NCBI GenBank assembly: GCA_947632135.1
Contig: CANRNZ010000002.1
Coordinates: 1-48,055, forward strand
Origin: an uncultured Clostridia bacterium
GTDB lineage: Bacteria > Bacillota > Clostridia > Oscillospirales > CAG-272
Length of the DNA: 48,055 nt
Direction of reading: 5' to 3'
Within the stretch, counting starts at the first letter, position 1. Each line of letters begins with the position of its first letter. Shown one piece after another: positions 34,444 through 43,574 of this stretch. Below the pieces are notes generated by a model, which searched no databases, was not told the origin of the DNA, and saw only the letters and a program-made list of their open reading frames with translations. The translations under genes and the position numbers were made by a program.

Positions 34444-34623
34444 CATCAAGATATAAGAAAATCGGTACTGATAATACAATAGTTATTGTATATTTTATCA
34501 CAAAAAATATAAAAAATAAATAGTATGAGCAAAATAATCAAAGTTTTCATCTCAAAAGAGCATAACAGGCGGCGCTGAAGCCGAAAAATCGCCGAAATGC
34601 GCCGCGCGGGGCGGCGCGGGCTG

Positions 34624-35106
34624 TTACGTTAAAACAAGCTTTCCGATATTTATAATTTGTTTCCCTTTACTTTTTGCGTATTTTACCGCCTCGAACGCTC
34701 CGCCGTAATCGCGCTCCACATACGCTATAATCAAATCGGAATTATCGACAATCCAACGGTTGCGTACGCTTATCGCTTTTTTGAAAAATACTCCTTCGAC
34801 GGTGTCGGGTACTATCACGCCGTCATACATTTCCTCAAGGTAATCCTTGTTTGTGTTTAATTTGTTCGAAAAATAGGGAACGACAAGAAACAGTTTAATT
34901 TCCTTATGTCTGAGTTTAGCCTTGCGTACCGCCGATTCGAACTTTTCATCAAACTTTCCCATGCCTCCCGACATAAACACCGTATACCCGTCGGAATAAG
35001 ACTCTTCAATAAGTTTATACAGTTTATCCAATTTATCAAGCTTTTCCCCCGCGCTTTGACAACCGTTTCTGTGCCCGAAGCATGAACACACCTTTGCGTT
35101 TTCCAT
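34624..35106 (-). CDS. SLOG-fold protein, DUF1273/YpsA-like
   Basis: CSCFGHRN near the N-terminus, SGGMGKFD, VVPYF, and RNRWIVDNSDLIIAY match the YpsA-family pattern. ATG 35106 follows GAGGT. Confidence 0.65.
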   Translation of the reverse strand: MENAKVCSCFGHRNGCQSAGEKLDKLDKLYKLIEESYSDGYTVFMSGGMGKFDEKFESAVRKAKLRHKEIKLFLVVPYFSNKLNTNKDYLEEMYDGVIVPDTVEGVFFKKAISVRNRWIVDNSDLIIAYVERDYGGAFEAVKYAKSKGKQIINIGKLVLT

Positions 35107-35305
35107 TTCAAACCTCAAATACTCATAAAGTTTTCCAAAAGTAAACAAATATATTATATAGTTTTCTGCTATAGAACGCAAGTATAATAAAATATTTACT
35201 ATACGGAAACCTTTTTTTGTATTTTACAAATTCGGGCAATAATTTTTTATCAAAAATACTTAAAAGATTGAGCAAAGGACAAAATCTCATGCGGGAGGTG
35301 GCAAA

Positions 35306-35671
35306 TTGTTCGATTTCGGACTCAGATTGAAGGAGCTGCGCAAAAAGTACTCCATGTCTCAAAGCAGTCTCGGGAAAAGGATAGGGCGAAGCAAATCGGT
35401 AATAAGCAATTACGAAAACAACATAAAAATTCCGCCTACGGACGTCATAGCGGACATCGCCTCCGTTTTTAACGTATCGACTGATTATCTTCTCGGGTTT
35501 GACAAGGCGGAAATGATTTCGGTCGACGGACTGAGTGAAAATCAAAAGCAGCTCGTACAGGCTGTGGTGTTTGAGCTGAGGGACAAAACAAAAACTCAAA
35601 AAGGTCTGAGCGAAAGGCAGCAAAGTATTCTCAGCGCTCTTATGAGAGAATTTTTCGAAAAGCAGCGGTAA
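35306..35671 (+). CDS. XRE-family helix-turn-helix transcriptional regulator
   Basis: LKELRKKYSMSQSSLGKRIGRSKSVISNYENNIKIPPTDVIADIASVFNVSTDYLLG is a classic Cro/C1 HTH. The TTG start follows GGGAGGTGG. The gene is divergent from the SLOG gene. Confidence 0.8.
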   Translation: MFDFGLRLKELRKKYSMSQSSLGKRIGRSKSVISNYENNIKIPPTDVIADIASVFNVSTDYLLGFDKAEMISVDGLSENQKQLVQAVVFELRDKTKTQKGLSERQQSILSALMREFFEKQR

Positions 35672-35894
35672 AACATAAGCGCGGCGGGCTTTTTTAAAAG
35701 CGTGCCGTACGCTTTTGCATTGCCTTGGCATTTTAAGTTTTTAAGGTCTTTTATTCGAATTATTCGAATTTCTTTTTTTAATTATTTCAAATTTTCTTTT
35801 TCCGTTTATTTCTCTTGTTTTTCTCTTGTTTTTTAGAATGCGTTGTGTTAAAATACGCAGAGTAAAACGGGAGACGGAGGGTAATAAAAAAGCT

Positions 35895-36395
35895 ATGTAC
35901 GATGAGCTTACCGAAGTGGATATAAAGAAAATGCAGGATGAAATAGACGAGCGCAAGGCGAAAAACGCCGCTCTGAGAGAAAACATCAGAGCGGCAAGAG
36001 AGCTCGGAGATTTGAGCGAAAACGACGAGTACAGGAGCGCAAAACGTGAATTCGGCAGAAACAACAGCCGTATACGGTATCTCGAAAATATGATACGCAC
36101 CGCAGTTGTTATAAAAGCCGACTCCCCGAGCGGCGTCGTGGGGCTTTTTGACACGGTGGAGCTTTACTATGAGGACGACGACGAGACGTCCGAAATAAGG
36201 CTTGTGACGACTCTCAGAAACGACGTTCTGAGCGGCAACATTTCAAAGGAGTCCCCTCTCGGCAAAGCGATAATGGGGCGGCGTGTCGGCGAGCGCGTGT
36301 TTGTCAAGGTAAGCGACAGAGTCGGATATTACGTCGTTATAAAATCAATAAAAAAAGGCGAGGACGACAGCTCGCTTCCTATTTCCGCATTTTAA
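35895..36395 (+). CDS. greA: Transcription elongation factor GreA
   Basis: Coiled-coil tip ELGDLSENDEYRSAK followed by a C-terminal globular domain. ATG 35895 gives the usual length of about 166 aa. Confidence 0.88.
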   Translation: MYDELTEVDIKKMQDEIDERKAKNAALRENIRAARELGDLSENDEYRSAKREFGRNNSRIRYLENMIRTAVVIKADSPSGVVGLFDTVELYYEDDDETSEIRLVTTLRNDVLSGNISKESPLGKAIMGRRVGERVFVKVSDRVGYYVVIKSIKKGEDDSSLPISAF

Positions 36396-36432
36396 ATAGG
36401 GATAAAATGCGCGATTTAAAATGATATGCGCC

Positions 36433-36480
36433 ACAAAAGTTTTCGCCCGCCTTTTTCAAAAGGCGGGCGAAAACTTTTGT
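36433..36480. terminator. Long perfect hairpin between convergent greA and thrS (probable bidirectional terminator, built from repeat family A)
   Basis: ACAAAAGTTTTCGCCCGCCTTTT-tc-AAAAGGCGGGCGAAAACTTTTGT has arms of about 23 bp. Confidence 0.6.
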
Positions 36481-36515
36481 GTTGGGTCTGTGCGGAGTTT
36501 GATATTTATGCAAAA

Positions 36516-38450
36516 TTACAGCTTCCTTGTCGCGGTCTCGAAAAGCACCTTGTTCGCAAAATCCTCAACGGACATCGCGCCGCCGTCAGCGCCGCCTCTC
36601 TCGCGAACAGCTACGCTCCCCTCTTCTTCCTCTCTCGCTCCGACAGTGAGCATGTAGGGTATCTTTTGCAGCTGCGCCTCGCGGACGCGGTAGCCGAGCT
36701 TCTCGTTTCTGTTATCGAGACTTACGCGTATGCCCGCCTCGTCAAGCTGTTTTGTAACCTTTTTTGCGTAGTCCTCAAAGAGCGGCGACACGGGGAGCAC
36801 CACCGCCTGAACGGGGGAAAGCCACACGGGAAACGCGCCCGCGAAATGCTCGGTGATAACTCCTATAAATCTCTCTATTGAACCGAGCACCACGCGGTGT
36901 ATCATTACCGGACGGTGCTTTTCGTTATCGGCTCCGGTATATTCAAGCTCAAAGCGCTCCGGCAGCTGCATATCAAGCTGTATCGTACCGCACTGCCATG
37001 TTCTTCCGAGAGAGTCTGACAGGTGGAAATCGAGCTTCGGCCCGTAAAACGCGCCGTCGCCCTCGTTTACTGTATAGCTCTTGCCAAGCTCGCCGATTGC
37101 CTCCTTCAGCGTTGCCTCCGCAAAATCCCAGTCCTTCTCGTCGCCCATATGGTCCTCGGGCATCGTGGACACCTCTATCTGATATGTCAGACCGAACGTG
37201 GAATAGACCTCGTCAAAGAGCTTTACGACGTTCTTTATCTCGTCTTTCATCTGCTCCCACGTCATGAAGATGTGGGCGTCGTCCTGAGTGAAGCAGCGAA
37301 CGCGGAAGAGCCCGTGCAGCGTGCCGGACAGCTCATGACGGTGTACGAGCCCAAGCTCTCCCATACGGAGAGGAAGGTCGCGGTACGAGCGCATTTCGGA
37401 CTTATAAACGAGCATGCCGCCGGGGCAGTTCATCGGTTTTATCGCAAAATCCGTGCCGTCGATGACTGTCGTATACATATTTTCCTTATAGTGCGCCCAA
37501 TGCCCCGAGCGCTCCCAAAGGCTGCGGTTGAGCATCATCGGAGTTGATATTTCAACATAGCCGTAGCGCTTGTGTACCTCGCGCCAATAGTCGATAAGGG
37601 TGTTTCGCAAAACCATTCCTTTCGGCAGGAAGAACGGAAATCCCGGGCCCTCGTCGGTGAGCATGAAAAGGCCGAGGTCGCGTCCGAGTTTTCGGTGGTC
37701 GCGCTTTTTCGCTTCCTCGATTCGCTCAAGGTGCGCGGAAAGGGAGGCCTTGTCGGGATAGGCGGTGCCGTAGACGCGCTGGAGCATTTTGTTTTTGGAG
37801 TCCCCCTCCCAATATGCGCCGGTACACTGGAGAAGCTTCAGCGCCTTCACAGCCCCCGTTGAGAAAAGGTGCGGCCCCGCGCAAAGGTCGACAAACTCCC
37901 CCTGGCGGTAAAAAGATATTTCCTCGCCTTCGGGAACGCGCGCGATAAGCGCGACCTTATAGTCCTCGCCTTTTTCCTCCATAAAGCGAACCGCCTCGTC
38001 GCGCGGGAGTGTAAAGCGCTCAATTTTCAGGTTTTCCTTTACTATTTTTTTCATCTCCGACTCTATTTTTTCGGTCATCTCCGTTGTAAAGGGGGTATCG
38101 GAGTCAAAATCGTAATAGAATCCGTCGTCGATTGCGGGGCCTATTGTCAGCTTTGTTTCGGGGTAGAGTCTTTTCACCGCCTGCGCCAGTATATGGGACG
38201 CGGTGTGCCTGAAGGCGCGGCGCCCGCCGTCGTCGTTTGTGTCGATGCCGTTTTCGGTCAGCGCGCCGTCGAAGGTGAGGAGCGCGATATCGGCGTCGTT
38301 TTCGAGGGTATGTGTCAAATCGACGGTTTCACCGTTCACTCTTGCGGCGATGACCTCTCTTGAGATAAGTCCCGCATTTTTTGCGGCGTCGTAGACAGTT
38401 GTCGGAGCGGAGAGTTCGACACTGACTCCCTGCAAAAATTTAATTTTCAT
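36516..38450 (-). CDS. thrS: Threonine--tRNA ligase
   Basis: 644 aa with an N-terminal TGS domain, a second additional domain, class II motif 2 (HRHELSGTLHGLFRVRCFTQDDAHIF) and an anticodon-binding C-terminus. Confidence 0.95.
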   Translation of the reverse strand: MKIKFLQGVSVELSAPTTVYDAAKNAGLISREVIAARVNGETVDLTHTLENDADIALLTFDGALTENGIDTNDDGGRRAFRHTASHILAQAVKRLYPETKLTIGPAIDDGFYYDFDSDTPFTTEMTEKIESEMKKIVKENLKIERFTLPRDEAVRFMEEKGEDYKVALIARVPEGEEISFYRQGEFVDLCAGPHLFSTGAVKALKLLQCTGAYWEGDSKNKMLQRVYGTAYPDKASLSAHLERIEEAKKRDHRKLGRDLGLFMLTDEGPGFPFFLPKGMVLRNTLIDYWREVHKRYGYVEISTPMMLNRSLWERSGHWAHYKENMYTTVIDGTDFAIKPMNCPGGMLVYKSEMRSYRDLPLRMGELGLVHRHELSGTLHGLFRVRCFTQDDAHIFMTWEQMKDEIKNVVKLFDEVYSTFGLTYQIEVSTMPEDHMGDEKDWDFAEATLKEAIGELGKSYTVNEGDGAFYGPKLDFHLSDSLGRTWQCGTIQLDMQLPERFELEYTGADNEKHRPVMIHRVVLGSIERFIGVITEHFAGAFPVWLSPVQAVVLPVSPLFEDYAKKVTKQLDEAGIRVSLDNRNEKLGYRVREAQLQKIPYMLTVGAREEEEGSVAVRERGGADGGAMSVEDFANKVLFETATRKL

Positions 38451-38600
38451 ATATGATTACCTCCGTATTGTATTTTACGATTGAGTTTTGAAGTTAGCGC
38501 AGACCCATCGGAAAGTTTTCGCGCGAACAATGTGCGAAGATTTAAAAACACCCCGATGACAATTACCGATATCGCTCCGTCAAAAATCCCTTTTGTCCCG

Positions 38601-39443
38601 TCACGACTTGCGCCCGATTCTCTGACCCATTCTGACGGGGGTCTCGCGGCCTTTTTCGGTATTTTGAAAATATTCGGCGTCAGCCTCCGCTCTTCCGTTT
38701 TCAAGAAGTACTATGACAGTGCTCCCTCCGTACAGAAACATTCCCTTCTCCTCGCCGCGGCGCACGCGCTTTTTTTCGTGGTGATTTTTTATTCTTCCGA
38801 CGAGCATCGCTCCGACCTCCATTTGGAGCGTGTCGCCGAAGTTGTCCGTATGTATAACCGTATACTCCCTGCAATTCCGAACGAACACGGGCTCCCGCTC
38901 AAGCGCTATTGGTCTTACTGTATGGAGCTTTCCCGAAATAAACACGTTATCCTCTTTTTCCCCGCCGTCGACATAGCAGTACCTGTGATAGTTGTCGACG
39001 CAGAGCCTGTAAACAAGGCATAAGCAGTTTTCGTATTTTTCGGAGAGCTCCTCGGATTCAAGAAGAGACTTTAAAGTATACGTACTCCCCTTTACGGGTA
39101 TTATACTGTCCTTTTTTGCGCGGTATGCCGAAAGGAGCCCGTCGCAAGGGGATATCAGAGCGTCGGGGGCAAAATCGACGGGGCGTCTTTCGTCCTTTAT
39201 TTTTCTCGTGAAAAAGTCATTAAAGCTTTTAAAGCTGTCCGACACGTAATCGTCAAGCTCTATGCCGTTCTTTTTCACAAATCCTTTTATAAGAAAGCGC
39301 GACGCGGCGCTGCTCATAAAAAGCCCGCATGCGCGAGATACAAAGCGTGATGTGAGCGGCTTTAAAATCGCTCTGCCGAAAGCCGTGCCGTACAGGAAAC
39401 GGAGAGCGGCGCTCTCGCCGTCGTTTCGTGCTATTTTAAACAC
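38601..39443 (-). CDS. psd: Phosphatidylserine decarboxylase proenzyme
   Basis: 280 aa with a Psd fold and the self-cleavage motif GGST (FLYGGSTVIV) near the C-terminus. GTG start. Confidence 0.85.
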   Translation of the reverse strand: MFKIARNDGESAALRFLYGTAFGRAILKPLTSRFVSRACGLFMSSAASRFLIKGFVKKNGIELDDYVSDSFKSFNDFFTRKIKDERRPVDFAPDALISPCDGLLSAYRAKKDSIIPVKGSTYTLKSLLESEELSEKYENCLCLVYRLCVDNYHRYCYVDGGEKEDNVFISGKLHTVRPIALEREPVFVRNCREYTVIHTDNFGDTLQMEVGAMLVGRIKNHHEKKRVRRGEEKGMFLYGGSTVIVLLENGRAEADAEYFQNTEKGRETPVRMGQRIGRKS

Positions 39444-39559
39444 CGTCCTTTATTATTTTCGGTTATTTCTCTTTATTTGCTGTTTCCGATATATAATTTT
39501 CGAAAAAGCTTTCGCCGGGTCGTTATCTCGTCATTTCGTCATTTCGCTATTCCAATATT

Positions 39560-40252
39560 TCAGCATTTGAAAAGTCTTGCCAGGAGAATCAAAAAGAATT
39601 CGACGGCGCCGATGCCGACCATTATAAGAGTCCCTCTGAAGCTCGGCTTTACTACTTTGATTTTCGATATAAACGCGACGGCGCATATCAGTATCGTACC
39701 GAAATACATCGGCATTATATCGGAGGGGATTATGTACTGGAGAAGAAGAATCAGCGGGAAAATAAGCGACGCCGAGGTCACCGGAAGCCCCGTGTAAAAT
39801 TTTCTCACTCCGCACTCGTTCTTTTGCCTTTCATACTCGCTGACGTTATAGTAGGCGAGCCGTATCATTGCGCAAAGAACGTAGAATATAAGAATAGCGC
39901 AGAAAAGCACCGTTATTCCCCTTTTTGCACCGCTGCCCCACGACTCTCCAATCTTTCTCATAATCGGGGAAACGCGGACCATGGCGCACCCTATCGATGC
40001 GGGAAGAACTCCGAACGCCACAAGGTCGGACAGAGAGTCTATTTGTATGCCGTAGCTGCACTCCGAGGGGGTGCGGTCCTTCTTCGTTCTTGCGACCTTG
40101 CCGTCGAACGCGTCGCAAAGTCCGCAGAACAGCAGGAAAAACACTCCGATATACGGGTGCCCTCCGCCGCTCAGCGAGATGATTATGCCGCAGCAGGACG
40201 ATATAAGAGACAAGTATGTGAGAATTACGGTGTAATTGTAAAATCCTATCAT
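39560..40252 (-). CDS. pssA: CDP-diacylglycerol--serine O-phosphatidyltransferase
   Basis: CDP-alcohol phosphatidyltransferase motif DAFDGKVAR...GIQIDSLSD in a polytopic membrane protein of 230 aa. Confidence 0.85.
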   Translation of the reverse strand: MIGFYNYTVILTYLSLISSCCGIIISLSGGGHPYIGVFFLLFCGLCDAFDGKVARTKKDRTPSECSYGIQIDSLSDLVAFGVLPASIGCAMVRVSPIMRKIGESWGSGAKRGITVLFCAILIFYVLCAMIRLAYYNVSEYERQKNECGVRKFYTGLPVTSASLIFPLILLLQYIIPSDIMPMYFGTILICAVAFISKIKVVKPSFRGTLIMVGIGAVEFFLILLARLFKC

Positions 40253-40337
40253 TATTGGTGGCTCCGTTTATGACTTCGTTTGTTATTTGAGAGTCGGGAA
40301 TTTATTTTATGATTTTAATATTCAGTATTCTTATATT

Positions 40338-41516
40338 TTATATATTCGACGCGCCCCGACGTTTTCTCTGAACGGCGTATTTTATAAGTGTTGCGGCGCC
40401 GCAAATCACAACGCATATATAAAACGACAGCGAGCGGCTGAGCAGCTCGAGGTTCACCGCCGTCTCGCGCGGCATGAGATTTGCAAAGCCGTCGAGCATT
40501 ATATAATCCGCCACTCCCATAGCGCCCGGTATCGGAATCGAATTCGAGCCGATGACCGAAAAGCACTGCACGCTCCATATCCTACAGGCGCCCGAATACG
40601 CGCCGCCGCAGGCGAGAAACGTAAGCGCCGACACGGAAATAACGGAAATACGCTGAAAAATATTTAATATAAACGTGCTGAAAAGAGTTTTTTTCCGTCC
40701 GTTTATAAGCTTCACGCACTCCGAATACTCCGTGATATATTCATCGAGGCGGCGCAGCTTTTTATCACCGTTTTTGAGTATCTTTATTTTACACAAAAAG
40801 CGTATGCAGCCGGCGCAAATATTTCTCAGAAGCTTTGCATTCAGAAGAAGTACAATAAAGAAAAGAGCGAGCAGGCTTTGAATCACAAAGCCTATGACTA
40901 TAAGCGCGCGCGACAGTCTGCCGAATGAGGAAAATACTTGCAGGTTTGTTATAAGCACGATTGCCGATATCACAAGTATTGACAGCGTGTACATGACAAG
41001 ATTCAAAAGCAGAGCGACCGTGACGACTGTTCCCGGTATTTTATCCTTTATCATGAAATACGCGCAGGCGGGCTGTCCGCCCGTTGCCGACGGGGTTATC
41101 GCGGAAAAATAAATGTCCGAGGCGGAATAGGAAAAGCTTCGCCCGAAATTCACATGATAACCGAACGCGCGGCACACAGAGGCTATGGCCAAGCCCTCAA
41201 AAACTATAAAGCCGAGGGCGGAGGCACACGCGGCAAGCAGCCATGGCTTTGACGATGTTCCGATATACGTCATAAAAGAGCCGAGGGAAAAGCTCCTGCT
41301 CCGAGACACCACAGCCCACACCGTGGCGGCGGCTATAACGACAAAAAGAAGCGACCAGAGAAGCTTACGCCTTTTTTTAAGCGGTGAGGAGTGCGGCGAG
41401 CCGCCTGTGTTTTGCGCGTTTGATTTATTTGAACCCTTTGAAGTATTTATATCGGAAGTATTTAAATCATTTAAATCATTTGAAGTATTTAAAATATTCG
41501 AATCATTTTTCTTCAT
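40338..41516 (-). CDS. Lysyl-PG synthase TM-region-like (MprF flippase-domain / UPF0104) membrane protein
   Basis: About 392 aa and polytopic, with a composition and layout like flippase-like-domain proteins. ATG 41516 follows GGAGA. The N-terminal Asn/Ser-rich segment is encoded by tandem repeats. Confidence 0.6.
   Translation of the reverse strand: MKKNDSNILNTSNDLNDLNTSDINTSKGSNKSNAQNTGGSPHSSPLKKRRKLLWSLLFVVIAAATVWAVVSRSRSFSLGSFMTYIGTSSKPWLLAACASALGFIVFEGLAIASVCRAFGYHVNFGRSFSYSASDIYFSAITPSATGGQPACAYFMIKDKIPGTVVTVALLLNLVMYTLSILVISAIVLITNLQVFSSFGRLSRALIVIGFVIQSLLALFFIVLLLNAKLLRNICAGCIRFLCKIKILKNGDKKLRRLDEYITEYSECVKLINGRKKTLFSTFILNIFQRISVISVSALTFLACGGAYSGACRIWSVQCFSVIGSNSIPIPGAMGVADYIMLDGFANLMPRETAVNLELLSRSLSFYICVVICGAATLIKYAVQRKRRGASNI
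41421..41510. repeat. Imperfect tandem repeats (GAAGTATTTA / AATCATTTA units) encoding the N-terminus of the MprF-TM-like protein
   Basis: Read directly. They translate on the minus strand to NDSNILNTSNDLNDLNTSDINTSKGSNKSN. Confidence 0.85.
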
Positions 41517-42249
41517 CGGAATGTCTCCGGCTTTGAATTTTCTTTTTCGGGCGCATTTCACTCCTGCTCCCCTTTTTTATATTTTTAAGATTTTCTGCTT
41601 TTTCAAACACCGACGCGGCGCCGCTCTTTTCGGAAATGAAAAGTCCGAGCTCGGCGACGGCGACCCCGCCGACAATGTCCGCGACAAGATGCTGTTTTAT
41701 AAGCACTGTCGAAGCGAAAACAAGCAGTGTAAAAACAAGGCTTGAATACATATATATTTTCCCCGTCTTTTTCATTTTCATTGACGCGCGAAAACATATC
41801 CAGCTTTCAAGGCAGTGCAGAGACGGGAACAAATTGTCCGGGGTGTCGAGCGTATAAATAAAACCCGTGAGCCTTGAAAAGATATCGCGCGGCGCCACCG
41901 TCGGACGTACCATCGCGGTCGGAAGCGCTATGAATATAACAGTACTTATAAGCTTCGCGATTATCTCCCCCGAAATGACGCCATAGCAAAGACTCCGGCT
42001 GTCTCTTGCAATCAAAATAAAACCAAGGAGCCATTGGACAAACGCCAAAACGTATATTACAATAAACGGCGGGACAAACGGAATTTTGCCGTCAATCGGC
42101 AGTGACAAATCGTAATGTGTAAAGCCGCCCGTTATGAGCCTCGTCGCATAAAAAGCAATAATATTTATAACGACGCAGGCCGCAAGAGGTATGTATGAAT
42201 AAGACGGTAAAATTCCCGATACTTTTTTTTTAAAGCTTTTAAAACTCAT
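41503..42249 (-). CDS. PAP2 superfamily membrane phosphotransferase/phosphatase (PAP2_C, sphingomyelin-synthase/Aur1-like)
   Basis: 248 aa and polytopic. The motifs PSLH and KQHLVADIVGG correspond to PAP2 motifs C2 and C3. Confidence 0.65.
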   Translation of the reverse strand: MSFKSFKKKVSGILPSYSYIPLAACVVINIIAFYATRLITGGFTHYDLSLPIDGKIPFVPPFIVIYVLAFVQWLLGFILIARDSRSLCYGVISGEIIAKLISTVIFIALPTAMVRPTVAPRDIFSRLTGFIYTLDTPDNLFPSLHCLESWICFRASMKMKKTGKIYMYSSLVFTLLVFASTVLIKQHLVADIVGGVAVAELGLFISEKSGAASVFEKAENLKNIKKGSRSEMRPKKKIQSRRHSDEEK

Positions 42250-42356
42250 AACCCTCCCGTTTCACAATGAGGCTCTATGATATCGGCGATTTTGATAGAA
42301 TTCGAAGAAATGGGGCAAAGACTCCATGCGGCGTCGTTTTTGCATTCGCCGTTTAA

Positions 42357-42385
42357 CAGTATATCATAATTTATCGAAATAAGCA
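42357..42385 (-). promoter_or_regulatory. Candidate promoter of the PAP2-MprF-like-pssA-psd cluster
   Basis: Minus strand reads TTGCTT, a 17-nt spacer, then an extended -10 TGA-TATACT, about 100 nt upstream of the PAP2 ATG. Confidence 0.5.
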
Positions 42386-42502
42386 ATATAAACAGACATG
42401 TAAAAATGTCTTAAAGAAACATTTATAATTTTATTTGGCAATTATTCGGTAAATCAGACGGCGCGGGGACGATACAGAAGTTGTTATGTGCCTTTTTCAA
42501 AT

Positions 42503-42538
42503 CTCAAAAAGATACCGCATATCCTTTGATATGCGGTA
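42503..42538 (-). terminator. Intrinsic terminator of the epimerase-kinase-aldolase operon
   Basis: Minus strand reads TACCGCATATC-aaagg-GATATGCGGTA followed by TCTTTTTGAG, about 140 nt beyond the aldolase stop. Confidence 0.6.
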
Positions 42539-42679
42539 GCGGTGTCCTTCAAAGTCGGGGCTTTTAGATTTTTTCGAATTTTTCGGTTTTTTGATTTTTT
42601 GATTTCTTGAAAAACTAAATTCTCCATATGCCGAAAGTCCCGCGCGGCTCGGCATTCGTTATATTTTATATTATTTATA

Positions 42680-43522
42680 TTATGCCTTGCCGTTTGAGCC
42701 GCAGAGCTTTATTTTATGAATACAGAGCTCCTTTACGGCGTTTCGTCCCTTGCCCATAAACTTTTTGGGGTCTATAATCTTTTCGTCCCTCAGAGCCTCG
42801 CGAACAGCCGACGTACACGCGGCGCGAAGCTCAGTCGCAAAGTTCACCTTTGAAATTCCGAGCTCTATCGTGCGGCGTATCATCTCGTCGGGAATGCCCG
42901 AGCCGCCGTGGAGAACAAGCGGCACGTCGATTGTCGCGCGGAGCTTTTCGAGAAGCTCAAAATTGAGCTTCGGCTCTCCTTTGTAAAAGCCGTGAGAGGT
43001 GCCTATCGCGACGGCGAAAATATCTATTCCCGTGCGTGTCGCAAAATCGAGGGCCTCGTCGGGGTCGGTGTAAATGACGCCCGCGGATTTGAGCGAATCC
43101 TCCTTGCCTCCGACTGTTCCGAGCTCGGATTCGACTGTTACCCCGTAATTTTTCGCGCTCTCGACGACCCTCCTTGTCACCTCGACGTTTTCCTCGTACG
43201 GAAGCTTCGACGCGTCTATCATGACGGAGCTGTAGCCCGCCTCCATAGCCTTTACGACGTCGTCATACTTCTCGCAATGGTCAAGGTGCAAAGCCACGGG
43301 CACCGTCGCTCTTTCCGACGCCGCCCTTACCATCGCGCACGCCATCTCCCGCGTTATGTAGTCCACGGTAGTCGGGGTGGTCTGTATCATGACGGGGCTT
43401 TTCATTTCCTCCGCGGCGTCGACTATCGCCTGCACCATTTCCATATTCTCTGCGTTGAACGCGGGGACGGCGTATCCGCCCTCGCGCGCGCGGCGTATCA
43501 TTTCTTTACTTGTTGTGTACAT
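42680..43522 (-). CDS. Class II ketose-bisphosphate aldolase family protein (tagatose/fructose-bisphosphate aldolase or related epimerase)
   Basis: 280 aa with motifs YAVPAFN, LHLDH, ESELG, AIGTSHG and LHGGSG. Confidence 0.85.
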   Translation of the reverse strand: MYTTSKEMIRRAREGGYAVPAFNAENMEMVQAIVDAAEEMKSPVMIQTTPTTVDYITREMACAMVRAASERATVPVALHLDHCEKYDDVVKAMEAGYSSVMIDASKLPYEENVEVTRRVVESAKNYGVTVESELGTVGGKEDSLKSAGVIYTDPDEALDFATRTGIDIFAVAIGTSHGFYKGEPKLNFELLEKLRATIDVPLVLHGGSGIPDEMIRRTIELGISKVNFATELRAACTSAVREALRDEKIIDPKKFMGKGRNAVKELCIHKIKLCGSNGKA

Positions 43523-43574
43523 TCCGATTATTCTCCGTTTTAACTTTTCCGGTATTTAATTTTGCAAAAATGTC

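Noticed and set aside
38451-38600. Possible T-box leader upstream of thrS.
   Set aside because: Only about 150 nt separate thrS from psd. I saw no specifier-loop/T-box (AAUUAGGGUGGUACCGCG-like) sequence and no terminator/antiterminator pair. The region instead holds a partial family-A repeat.
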